From the IMG/VR virus record IMGVR_UViG_3300038334_000010, positions 1 through 59,341 of that record: a DNA stretch of 59,341 bases, one strand, 5' to 3'. Under the pieces are notes generated by a model. The model saw only the letters and a list, made by a program, of their open reading frames with translations, searched no databases and was not told where the DNA came from. Of this stretch, positions 50,548-58,844 are shown one piece after another (the first letter of the stretch is position 1; each line of letters starts with the position of its first letter). This DNA is from a virus. Taxonomy: Duplodnaviria; Caudoviricetes. The position numbers and the translations under genes are program-made.

Positions 50548-52305
50548 ATCGACCTCCCCGGACCAATTTCTTGAACCGTAGCGAATATTGGTTTTCCATC
50601 GCGAATCGGCCGCACCAGAGTTTGCGAAATCAGGTACAGGACGCGTTCGACGGGCGTTTCATTCGTATCCGTTACGATCACCGTTGCCGATGACGCACCT
50701 GAAACAGCAGCCCATCCATCACTGTCGGGACGTAGAAAATGTGTTCTCATTTAAGCATTCCCATTATGAATCCTGCGAGCATTGACAGTGCCATGATTAC
50801 AGCCCATCGCAAACATGATTTAACCATTTTGCCCTCCTGCTAACCATACGCGTCCAGCCGCGACCATCTCAGCTTCTGCTGCGCTATTCCAGCGCGAATG
50901 CGCCAGTTCAGCCCTGACGCGCGCCATGTCATAGCACCATGCCACGGCGTCACGGGCATGACCTGGCTCTAGCGCGTCCATTGCCTCGGCCAATTCGAGC
51001 TCCGCTGCCCTGTCAGACGATAGCCGACGCCACGCGACACGCTCAGCAAGCGAAGCGATGGCTAGCTCAATTCGTAGTGTCCATAGTGGCTTCATGGCCG
51101 GCCATCCCGATACAACCTGCACCCCATCCGCTCGCGTGCAATGTCAGCGGACGCCCGGCGCATGGCGCGCTGGTTTTTTATCTGGTGCCGCCGCATGGCT
51201 CGGATGATCGGCACAGAGATGGCAATGCCTGCGATGATGCACAGAGCGAGAATTGCGTATTCCATTTCATTACTCCTATTTGGCAATCGGCCACGGTACG
51301 CGATAATGATGCCGGATCAGGTGTTCCGGCATGTCGATTGTGTTGCGGTTGATCGCGTCGGCAGCCTCAATGGCGTCTTCGACGAAATCGTGGCAGGAAT
51401 ACTCGGCCCCGAGCACCGTAACGACTGCACCGCAGTGGCTTGGGAACTCAACCTCGGCCACTGGCATGGCCGCACGGTACTCGATAGCTCGCATTCGCTA
51501 CTCCTCGTCGCGGTCAGTGTAATAAACCGCAGCGCGAGCTTCGGCAACGTCAGGTATGCCGAATAGCCCGTTATCCTCAGCCTGGAAACGCTCCGCCCGC
51601 AACTCACGGATTCGTCTCACCCTCGCCTGCATCTCAGCAGCGTAGCCAGCAGCATCGCTGGCTTGGTCGTGTCCATATTGTAGGCGGTTGGCGGTCATGA
51701 GGTTCTCCCTTTGTATGAGCAATGTTATTTGCTGGCGGCAAGAATCGCCAGCGCCGACCCAGTTATTGCAATTATCGGCAAACTACACACGCATGCAAAT
51801 TGCTAAAAATAGGACAATACGAAAGATCATTGCGATAAATACGACAAAAATAGAACAATCGCAGCGGAAAACGACAATTTGCCGAATATAATGCGGTTTG
51901 AGGTGCTTGGGTGGGGTCTTTTCCATACGGTTCATGCCCCGACCGTATGGTGCATCTCGCGCGCGATAGCGTACTAATTGTCATGTATGCCGCCTATTTC
52001 ATGCCCAATCGTTCAATGCACTGAACGATTGGTATGGTTTGTGCCGCATGGATATACCTTTCCGTTCAGGACGCTTCGAGCCACGCCAGCGCATCGGCCG
52101 CCAGTGCTGCGGCTTCCGGCCCGTCATCATGCTCTGGCACGTCGGAATCAACGATGTTTCCATCGTCATCGAACTCGAACCAGTAGGCCCGGCTGCTGCG
52201 GAGCTTGCTGCCCGGCCACTGCGCATTAAACAGCGCAACGCCAGCGCGCGATATGCGGACCTTGCGCGTCCCGACGGCATCAAAGCATTGTTCAGTTGTG
52301 TTCAT
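50544..52305 (-). other. Small minus-strand hypothetical genes (50544..50750, 50820..51095, 51092..51265, 51276..51494, 51498..51698, 52066..52305)
   Basis: Purine-rich RBS before most ATGs; head-to-tail packing. Confidence 0.6.
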
Positions 52306-52314
52306 GTTGGCCCC

Positions 52315-52704
52315 TCAGTAGATGGCTACGCCACGGGTGTATTCGCTCCTAATGTCCGAATCGCCAAGGACGTCCAGCGGCACGGCGTACAGTGCGCAGC
52401 CTCGCGGGTCGCCCTGGACGTACAGGATCACGTCCGGGTGTTGGGACTGAATAGCTGCGATGCGCCGCCGCGCGCCGGCTTCGCGGTCGGCCACTCGACT
52501 AAGCCGCTCACCTGTGCGCGGTGAGTGCCAGTACGGCGCCTCGGTATTCTCGTCGCGCTGTATCACGCCGTTGCATTCGTGCTCATTCCATCGTTGCAGC
52601 GTCATCGACGCACGGCGCAGGGTTTCGGCCTCGGCGGCGCTGAATCCGAGTCTGCGCAGGGCGTTCTCTTGCGCGTTGAGTCTCATTGCTTCGTTGCGGT
52701 TCAT
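52315..52704 (-). CDS. Hypothetical protein (QGDPRG motif)
   Basis: GGAG RBS directly after the 57-nt element; MNRNEAMRL...YVQGDPRGCALY. Confidence 0.7.
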   Translation of the reverse strand: MNRNEAMRLNAQENALRRLGFSAAEAETLRRASMTLQRWNEHECNGVIQRDENTEAPYWHSPRTGERLSRVADREAGARRRIAAIQSQHPDVILYVQGDPRGCALYAVPLDVLGDSDIRSEYTRGVAIY

Positions 52705-52720
52705 GTTTGTAACTCCATTC

Positions 52721-52777
52721 TGGCACCATCGCCACCGCTGCACCCTCGCGGGAGGATGCAGGGATAGGTCGGTGCTA
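52721..52777 (-). repeat. 57-nt intergenic hairpin element, copy 1 of 3
   Basis: TAGCACCGACCTATCC-CTGCATCCTC-CCGC-GAGGGTGCAG-CGGTGGCGATGGTGCCA; other copies at 53477..53533 and 54261..54317. Confidence 0.88.
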
Positions 52778-52793
52778 CGCGGTAGCGCCCTGA

Positions 52794-53468
52794 TTAGGCT
52801 TCGAGTGCCCATGCTGGAATAGCGGCGGGAACCGTTACTTCACTCTCGTGCCACGGCATCGTGACACCGACGAAGCCATAGACGCCATTGAGCAAGACAA
52901 GTGTTCCACGTGTGCCCTGCTGCCTTGCAACGGGCGCGGCTTTCGTACCCAGCAGCTTGCCGGCCTTAACAAAGACGGCTAAGTCCTCAAAATTGAGACT
53001 CGCGGGAGCAATGGCGTCGTCGTCAATCGTCGGAAGCACCGCTTGCCACTGCGGGAATCTGGCGTTAAGCGTCACGCCCGCAACGCTTGTCTCGCCACAC
53101 GTCAGGCTCACCGAGCGCACTGCGCACAGAATATCGCCCACGCGCACCGTAATATCCGCTTCATTGCGGGCCTTGAGTGACGCAATCAGCGCAGCCGGAA
53201 TGATCGCAGTGACGCTCGGCCCTTGAATGTCACCATCGGTGACGCGGAAAGCGCCGAGAACCCTACCGTTAGTTGCGATCAGACGCACGGTGTTCGCGGT
53301 GCTGTTCACTTCCAGGCATACGCCATTCAGTCCCGTACGGATGTCATTCTTAGCCGCGAACAGTGCGGCAGCCTTGAGTGTGCCCATCGGCACCGTGACG
53401 CTTGTATGTGTCAGCTCGGCTTCCGTCGCGGCTTCGGCGGTTGCGGTTGCGGTTGTCATTTTATTCAC
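52794..53468 (-). CDS. DNA polymerase III beta-clamp-like protein (partial fold)
   Basis: AAKNDIRTGLNGVCLE..LIATNGRVL..RFPQWQAVLP echo DnaN motifs. Confidence 0.65.
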   Translation of the reverse strand: MNKMTTATATAEAATEAELTHTSVTVPMGTLKAAALFAAKNDIRTGLNGVCLEVNSTANTVRLIATNGRVLGAFRVTDGDIQGPSVTAIIPAALIASLKARNEADITVRVGDILCAVRSVSLTCGETSVAGVTLNARFPQWQAVLPTIDDDAIAPASLNFEDLAVFVKAGKLLGTKAAPVARQQGTRGTLVLLNGVYGFVGVTMPWHESEVTVPAAIPAWALEA

Positions 53469-53476
53469 TCCTTGTT

Positions 53477-53533
53477 TGGCACTATCGCCACCGCTGCCGA
53501 CTCGCTGGAATCGGCAGGAGTAGCTCGGTGTTA
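53477..53533 (-). repeat. 57-nt intergenic hairpin element, copy 2 (compensatory stem changes)
   Basis: Stem CTGCCGATTC-CAGC-GAGTCGGCAG. Confidence 0.85.
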
Positions 53534-53590
53534 GGCGATCATGAAGGTTTCCCCTTTGTATAGTCAGTCGTAGTGTGTGCAGGCCGGGCG

Positions 53591-54244
53591 CTACGCTTCG
53601 CGCCAGCTATCCGGATTCGCCGGATCGTTGGCGTAGGTGCAGGCGATCAGGCGGCCATCTGCGTCGTGTTCGTCGCGCCAGCTTTCCGGATTCGCCGGAT
53701 CGTTGGCGTAGGTGCGGGCGATCAGGCGGCCATCTGCGTCGCGTTCGCCGCGCCAGCTTTTCGGATTGGCCGGATCGTTGGCGTAGGTGCAGGCGATCCA
53801 GCGCCCAACGGCGTCGTGTTCGCCGCGCCAGCTTTTCGGATTGGCCGGATCGTTGGCGTAGGTGCAGGCGATCCAGCGCCCAACGGCGTCGTGTTCGTAG
53901 CGCCAGCTATCCGGATTCGCCGGATCGTTGGCGTAGGTGCGGGCGATCAGGCGGCCAACGGCGTCGTGTTCGTCGCGCCAGCTATCCGGATTCGCCGGAT
54001 CGTTGGCGTAGGTGCAGGCGATCCAGCGCCCAACGGCGTCGTGTTCGCCGCGCCAGCTATTCGGATGCGCCGGATCGTTGGCGTAGGTGCGGGCGATCAC
54101 TCGCCCATCGGCGTCGTGTTCGTCGCGCCAGCTATCCGGATTCGCCGGATCGTTGGCGTAGGTGCGGGCGATCAGGTTGCCATCTGCGTCGTGTTCGTCG
54201 CGGTAGTCGCTCATGTCAATCTCCTCTTCGCGTTTCGTGGTCAT
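53591..54244 (-). CDS. YD/RHS-like 25-aa tandem-repeat protein, array B (8 units)
   Basis: 8 x 75 bp; two in-frame ATGs with RBS (54244, 54214); ends SWREA* like array A. Confidence 0.85.
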   Translation of the reverse strand: MTTKREEEIDMSDYRDEHDADGNLIARTYANDPANPDSWRDEHDADGRVIARTYANDPAHPNSWRGEHDAVGRWIACTYANDPANPDSWRDEHDAVGRLIARTYANDPANPDSWRYEHDAVGRWIACTYANDPANPKSWRGEHDAVGRWIACTYANDPANPKSWRGERDADGRLIARTYANDPANPESWRDEHDADGRLIACTYANDPANPDSWREA

Positions 54245-54260
54245 GTCTGTTTCTCCTGTC

Positions 54261-54317
54261 TGGCACTATCGCCACCGCTGCACCCTCACCGGAGGATGCA
54301 GGGATAGGTCGGTGCTA
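54261..54317 (-). repeat. 57-nt intergenic hairpin element, copy 3
   Basis: Starts on the TAG of 54315..54536 and ends at the next RBS. Confidence 0.88.
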
Positions 54318-54536
54318 CTTCAACGCTTCGGCGAGTTCGTCAGCGCTCATGGCTGCGATGGAAGCGTCCGGCACCAGACCAAGCCGCGCCATTTCGTCTC
54401 GTATCTCGCGCTCATACTGGCGCACCCAAACGGCGCGCATCGCCCGCTCTTGAGCGCTGGTAGCAGCGGCAAAGCGGGCGCGTTCGCGACTTAGGCCAGC
54501 CTCAAGCGCAGTTAGATGATCTGTGGTTGAGGTCAT
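54315..54536 (-). CDS. Hypothetical protein
   Basis: HLTALEAGLSRERARF..VWVRQYEREI..MSADELAEAL. Confidence 0.7.
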   Translation of the reverse strand: MTSTTDHLTALEAGLSRERARFAAATSAQERAMRAVWVRQYEREIRDEMARLGLVPDASIAAMSADELAEALK

Positions 54537-54537
54537 G

Positions 54538-54750
54538 TCATAGCCCCTTCAGCGCTGCGCGTGCATCGTCGATGCCGGCAAACGCGTTAAGCTGCCCGCC
54601 AGACACAACCAGCACACTGTCGTCGGCAAACGTGTAGAGCGTCGCTTCGTGCTCCAAATCCTGATCGATTATGTCGGTTACTGATTGTGCGCGCGTGTCA
54701 GCGTCGTTAGCGTTTGCGCTGATGTGCAGGATTTCGCTTGCAGTTGACAT
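54538..54750 (-). CDS. Small acidic hypothetical protein
   Basis: GGAG RBS then ATG at 54750; first gene after the sigma54 motif. Confidence 0.7.
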   Translation of the reverse strand: MSTASEILHISANANDADTRAQSVTDIIDQDLEHEATLYTFADDSVLVVSGGQLNAFAGIDDARAALKGL

Positions 54751-54794
54751 GTTGCTCTCCAGTCCCCAGCGGTTGCCGGGCTCACTAAATACTA

Positions 54795-54810
54795 TGCAAA
54801 CCCCGTGCCA
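54795..54810 (-). promoter_or_regulatory. sigma54 -24/-12 promoter
   Basis: TGGCAC-GGGGT-TTGCA, exact consensus and spacing, 45 nt upstream of the first ATG. Confidence 0.75.
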
Positions 54811-54826
54811 ACCGCGCATATTCTCG

Positions 54827-54838
54827 TAAGTCATTGAT
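54827..54838. promoter_or_regulatory. IHF-like site
   Basis: Minus strand ATCAATGACTTA matches ATCAA-N4-TTR. Confidence 0.55.
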
Positions 54839-54856
54839 CCGGCAGCAAACACAGCT

Positions 54857-54872
54857 TGGCACGATACTTGCC
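54857..54872 (+). promoter_or_regulatory. Second, divergent sigma54 -24/-12 motif
   Basis: TGGCAC-GATAC-TTGCC. Confidence 0.6.
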
Positions 54873-54883
54873 CGGACAATAAT

Positions 54884-54925
54884 TGTCACATTCTGACGTG
54901 ACGCATTGCGTCACATTCTGACGTG
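54884..54925. promoter_or_regulatory. Tandem palindromic enhancer-like sites
   Basis: GTCACATTCTGACGTG twice (54885, 54910), each GTCA-N5-TGAC, bridged by the GTGACGCATTGCGTCAC palindrome. Confidence 0.55.
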
Positions 54926-55387
54926 GCCGATGGCAAGGCGTGGTAATCAAGCACAACGATGGCAAGGCTACGGCTAGCCGCTGGTCGGCGCTGGTCGGCG
55001 TTGCGCGCTAATCACGGCATGGATGGGATGGGCTGGGCTGGCCGGGGAGAGCGAAGGCAGAAGCAAGAGCGAAGCCAGAGCATGCAGCCAACAGCGTGTT
55101 GATAGAAGCAAAAGCAAGATCAAAAGGGGACCCAAGCAAAAGCGAAACCCCCATGAAAAGCAACAGCGCCTATCTGTATATATACCCCCACCCCCAACTC
55201 CCAGCATTTTCAGCTTGTGCTATGCTTTCGTTATGTTGCGTTAGGATTTGTTAGGTTGTGTTATTTTTTTTGTTTTGGGTTTTTGCTTATACCCCCGTGG
55301 TTGTGCTTCATCGGGTTGTGGTGGAAGCGGTAGCATTTACCTACTGAACGTTGTACCATGTTTGCTGTTCTATTCTCGGGGCATGGC

Positions 55388-56446
55388 ATGTCATGGCTTA
55401 TCAGCAGGGTGTTGATGGAGGACTTCGAGAGCTCGCGTTGTTCGCAGGGGCTGGTGGCGGTGTCCTCGGCGGGAAGCTACTCGGGTGGCGAACCGTGTGC
55501 GCCGTCGAGCTTGAGCCCTACGCCGCAAGCGTACTTGTCGCCCGACAGAATGACGGCATTCTGTCGCCTTTCCCGGTTTGGGATAACGTTTGCACCTTTG
55601 AAGGCAGACCGTGGCGAGGCCGTGTTGACGTGGTATCTGGCGGGTTTCCTTGCCAGGACATCAGCGCAGCCGGAAGTGGTGCTGGGATCGATGGAGCACG
55701 AAGCGGATTGTGGAGCGAGTTTGCCCGCATCATTGGCGAGGTTCGACCGCGATACGCTTTCGTGGAAAACAGCCCAATGCTCGTTACTCGTGGACTCGGG
55801 CGAGTGCTTGGTGATTTGGCCGCGCTCGGGTATGACTGTCGATGGACGGTGCTGGGAGCTGCCGATGTTGGGGCGCCGCACAGGCGGGACAGATTCTGGC
55901 TCATTGCTACCGACGCCACTGGCGAACAGCCATACAGGGGCGGGCCATGGGCCGAACAAGACCGGTTCGCCGAATCTGCAAACGGTGGTAAAACTTTGGC
56001 CGACGCCCAGAACAACGGGCCTAGATGGCGGGAGCAACAGTCGCAAGGCGGCGAAAGCGCGGGGCATGTGGCCGACGCCGAAATCCAACGATGCCGAAAA
56101 GCGCGGGAACTTCGACGCATCGCACCCGAGGAACGGGCTTCCGGCAGCGGTGAAGCGCATCCCGACGCCGACTGCCAGCGATTGGAAGGGGAGCAGCAAA
56201 CCAGGCCAGCGGCGAGGTCAACTGACGTATCCGAATATGGGTGTGATCGAGGCTGGCGGCCAACTGAACCCGGAGTGGGTGGAATTGTTGATGGGTTGGC
56301 CGAAGGGCTGGACGCGCCTTGGGCCGATGGATGGGAAGATGGAACCGCAAGGGTCGCTAATGGAATTGCCGCCCGTGCGCACCGCCTCAAAGCCATCGGC
56401 AACGGCCAAGTGCCACAATGCGCCGCAGAAGCATGGAGGATCCTGA
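55388..56446 (+). CDS. Overlapping-frame methyltransferase partner chain (TRD and motif IX-like)
   Basis: Open for >1 kb; repeated (W/L)PTP motifs and GQLNPEWVELLMGWPKGWT; true start uncertain. Confidence 0.7.
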   Translation: MSWLISRVLMEDFESSRCSQGLVAVSSAGSYSGGEPCAPSSLSPTPQAYLSPDRMTAFCRLSRFGITFAPLKADRGEAVLTWYLAGFLARTSAQPEVVLGSMEHEADCGASLPASLARFDRDTLSWKTAQCSLLVDSGECLVIWPRSGMTVDGRCWELPMLGRRTGGTDSGSLLPTPLANSHTGAGHGPNKTGSPNLQTVVKLWPTPRTTGLDGGSNSRKAAKARGMWPTPKSNDAEKRGNFDASHPRNGLPAAVKRIPTPTASDWKGSSKPGQRRGQLTYPNMGVIEAGGQLNPEWVELLMGWPKGWTRLGPMDGKMEPQGSLMELPPVRTASKPSATAKCHNAPQKHGGS

Positions 56447-56454
56447 CTGGCTGA
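55393..56454 (+). CDS. C5 DNA cytosine methyltransferase, catalytic chain
   Basis: Motif I LFAGAGG, IV GGFPCQDIS, VI ENS, VIII PHRRDR, X AIGNGQVP; no recognisable motif IX in this frame. Confidence 0.9.
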   Translation: MAYQQGVDGGLRELALFAGAGGGVLGGKLLGWRTVCAVELEPYAASVLVARQNDGILSPFPVWDNVCTFEGRPWRGRVDVVSGGFPCQDISAAGSGAGIDGARSGLWSEFARIIGEVRPRYAFVENSPMLVTRGLGRVLGDLAALGYDCRWTVLGAADVGAPHRRDRFWLIATDATGEQPYRGGPWAEQDRFAESANGGKTLADAQNNGPRWREQQSQGGESAGHVADAEIQRCRKARELRRIAPEERASGSGEAHPDADCQRLEGEQQTRPAARSTDVSEYGCDRGWRPTEPGVGGIVDGLAEGLDAPWADGWEDGTARVANGIAARAHRLKAIGNGQVPQCAAEAWRILTG

Positions 56455-56761
56455 GCCAATAGCGTTTACCTACCATCCGTGCTACAATGCTGTCTCGCCT
56501 GTGATAGGAGGGTGTATGGCCCCCGAAGACGTTGGCATGTGGCGATTCTGCCCATCGTGTGGACGCCCGCTGATGGAGCCTGACTTCCTGAGTGAGTTTC
56601 AGGATTCAGAAGCATTTGACGCTGAGCAGCTTCGATGTTCATGTTGCTAGCGCCCGTGGCGTGCGTGCCCATGCACGCCGGCTGTAGATGGTGAGTGTAA
56701 ATCCTTCCGAAAATGTTCGGATGTTTGACTGTTCACCCACAAACGCAGAAGGAGTGACGTA

Positions 56762-58215
56762 ATGGCATGTCGCACAAAACCATGGATGCAGAACGTGAAA
56801 CCGGGCGACTATTTGGTTCCTAGGCCGCTTTGGAACAGAACGTCCGGTCGATACGACAAACTGGCGAACCCATCGCTGGTTCAGGCGGTGACGCCATTCA
56901 GGAACTGCCAGAGTGGCGTATTGTTCACAGTTGATGATAGGCAACTTGATGCTGATTGGTTTATTGGTCCGTACGATGGAGCCGCGAAATGAGCCACAAT
57001 ATTCGCAGGCATGGGCTAAAAATTAGCCAAACCGAGCGTGAAATAGCCGATTGGTTAAGAAAATATTCCGCACTCTACAAGTCGGCCGTCTTCGTAGGAG
57101 ACGGATCAACAATCATCTACATGGCGATTCACGTAAAACGAATGTCCAAGCCGAACTTTTCAGGCGGACTCATAGCTGAGATGAAAGTCCATTGCAAAGA
57201 TGGCGACAACTGGCGGAAATTGGTTGCAGATTCCATCCGAAAAGCGCGATCCGCTTACAAGCTGTAAGCGACTATAAGCGAATATAAGCGTTTATAGCCA
57301 ATTTAGCTCGGCACCATAAACCGGATAAACTCGATATAAACAAGAAGGAGTATCTACCGTGAATGAAACTGCCATTACAAAAATCCGCGTGTCAATCGAG
57401 GCAATTCTTCCGAATGGCGTTACTTACTGGACTGAATGCTCATCGCTAGATGACCACGCGCCGGTTTCAGACCCTGAGAAGTCGATCAAGTCAATGGGAG
57501 AACGTTGCTTGTACCAACTGGATAGGGTTGCAAAGAAGGCTGTGAAGGATGCTGAAGTTAAGCCAGCGCCATAAACCGACTAAACTCGCCTTAACCGCGA
57601 GTTGGGCTCCACATGAACACGAAAACAATCGACAGACCATCGTCATAACGGCGACTGGCGACTATCGCTGCACTGACAACGTGGTATCTGTCTGCTCCTA
57701 TCGTTGCAGGCGCTGCATGAGTTTATGAACACCACTGTTCTATTCTTGGAACAATGCACGGCAAATAACACCTATTAACTACAAAAATGACTGGTGATGA
57801 CCATGAGCAAGAAACGCAGCCACAAGCCGCAAATCATGCAGCCAGGATGCCCAATAGCCATAAGTCTGCGCGGATGCAAGTGTTCCCCGCTCGCTAACAA
57901 CTACGGCGCCGGCGTTGGCGGAAAGTATGTGGTTAACTCAGAGTGCGAGCTTCACAAACACTTGGCAGAACCAAAGTGAGTGAACCGCTTATCTTTCCGC
58001 GATTTAAGTTGACGGACGTGGCCGCGTCACTTCGGACGCTGGCCGCGCAAATAGATTCTGGCGACAGGCCAATCGTGCGCGCCATTGTGTGCATGGAGGT
58101 TAATGACGGAACTCTAGACTACTGCGCCATCGGCAAGGATTTCGGCCGCGCTCATGCGCTTGGCATGATGGCGCTTTGCCAGCACGTGCTGATTACCAGT
58201 GATGGATGCGAGTAG
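56762..58215 (+). other. Small hypothetical genes (56762..56992, 56989..57267, 57359..57574, 57794..57979, 57976..58215)
   Basis: AAGGAG RBS or ATGA/GTGA coupling. Confidence 0.55.
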
Positions 58216-58249
58216 CAAACATCATCGTTTCCAATCACTTTACCAATGC

Positions 58250-58669
58250 TCAAAAAGGAATATCGTCGTCAATTTCGTCGTAATCTCTGGTAGGCGTTTG
58301 GTTGTCGTTGGGCGGTTTGGCTGCTACCTTGCCGTCGCTGCCACCCAGCATCTGAAGCTCGCTGGCGATGATGCCGGTGCTGTAGCGCTCAACCCCATCC
58401 TTGCCCGTGTACTTGTCCGTGCGCAAGCTGCCCTCGATATATACCTGGCGTCCTTTCTTGAGGTATTCGCCGGCGATTTCAGCTAGTTTTCCGAAGAATG
58501 TTACTCGGTGCCATTCAGTGCGCTCAGCCTTCTCGCCCTTCTTGTCCTTCCACGTTTCCTTGGTAGCAACACTGATTGTGGCAATCGCTGAACCGTTCTG
58601 AGCGTACTTCACCTCAGGGTCGTTTCCAAGATTTCCAATAATGGTGACGCGATTTATTCCTCTGCTCAC
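58250..58669 (-). CDS. ssb: Single-stranded DNA-binding protein
   Basis: GTG start with GAGGAG RBS; [29 protein letters not shown]. Confidence 0.95.
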   Translation of the reverse strand: MSRGINRVTIIGNLGNDPEVKYAQNGSAIATISVATKETWKDKKGEKAERTEWHRVTFFGKLAEIAGEYLKKGRQVYIEGSLRTDKYTGKDGVERYSTGIIASELQMLGGSDGKVAAKPPNDNQTPTRDYDEIDDDIPF

Positions 58670-58691
58670 TAGGCTACTCCTCGTGTGATAT

Positions 58692-58808
58692 TTATATGGC
58701 AAACTTAGCGCTGGCTTTTCGCCAGCTACGCGGATTCGCCGGATCGTTGGCATAGGTTCGGGCGATCACGCGACCATCTGCGTCGTATTCGTCGCGATAG
58801 TTATTCAT
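58692..58808 (-). CDS. Diverged single-unit YD-like repeat peptide (38 aa)
   Basis: GGGAG RBS; [38 protein letters not shown]; below the ORF-track cutoff. Confidence 0.75.
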   Translation of the reverse strand: MNNYRDEYDADGRVIARTYANDPANPRSWRKASAKFAI

Positions 58809-58844
58809 GTTGACTCCCATTCGTTAGTATGTGCAGGCCGGGCG

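Noticed and set aside
53591-54214. CRISPR array interpretation of the 75-bp repeats
   Set aside because: No unique spacers: the whole unit is repeated, the period is a multiple of 3 with RBS/ATG/stop, and no cas genes are present
52721-54317. True integron attC sites
   Set aside because: Only one copy shows a GTTRRRY-like end, there is no integron integrase, and G-U-type pairs favour an RNA structure; kept only as an analogy
53573-54453. Plus-strand ORFs 53573..54307 and 53575..54453 (and 51..587)
   Set aside because: Shadow frames of a stop-free repeat; no RBS, and silent-site changes favour the minus-strand frame
55477-56459. Long minus-strand ORFs over the methyltransferase
   Set aside because: No motifs; expected by-product of a GC-rich region already constrained in two frames
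58670-58753. N-terminal extension of SSB in the ORF track
   Set aside because: SSB homology and a GAGGAG RBS start at GTG 58669; the extension overlaps the single-unit peptide gene
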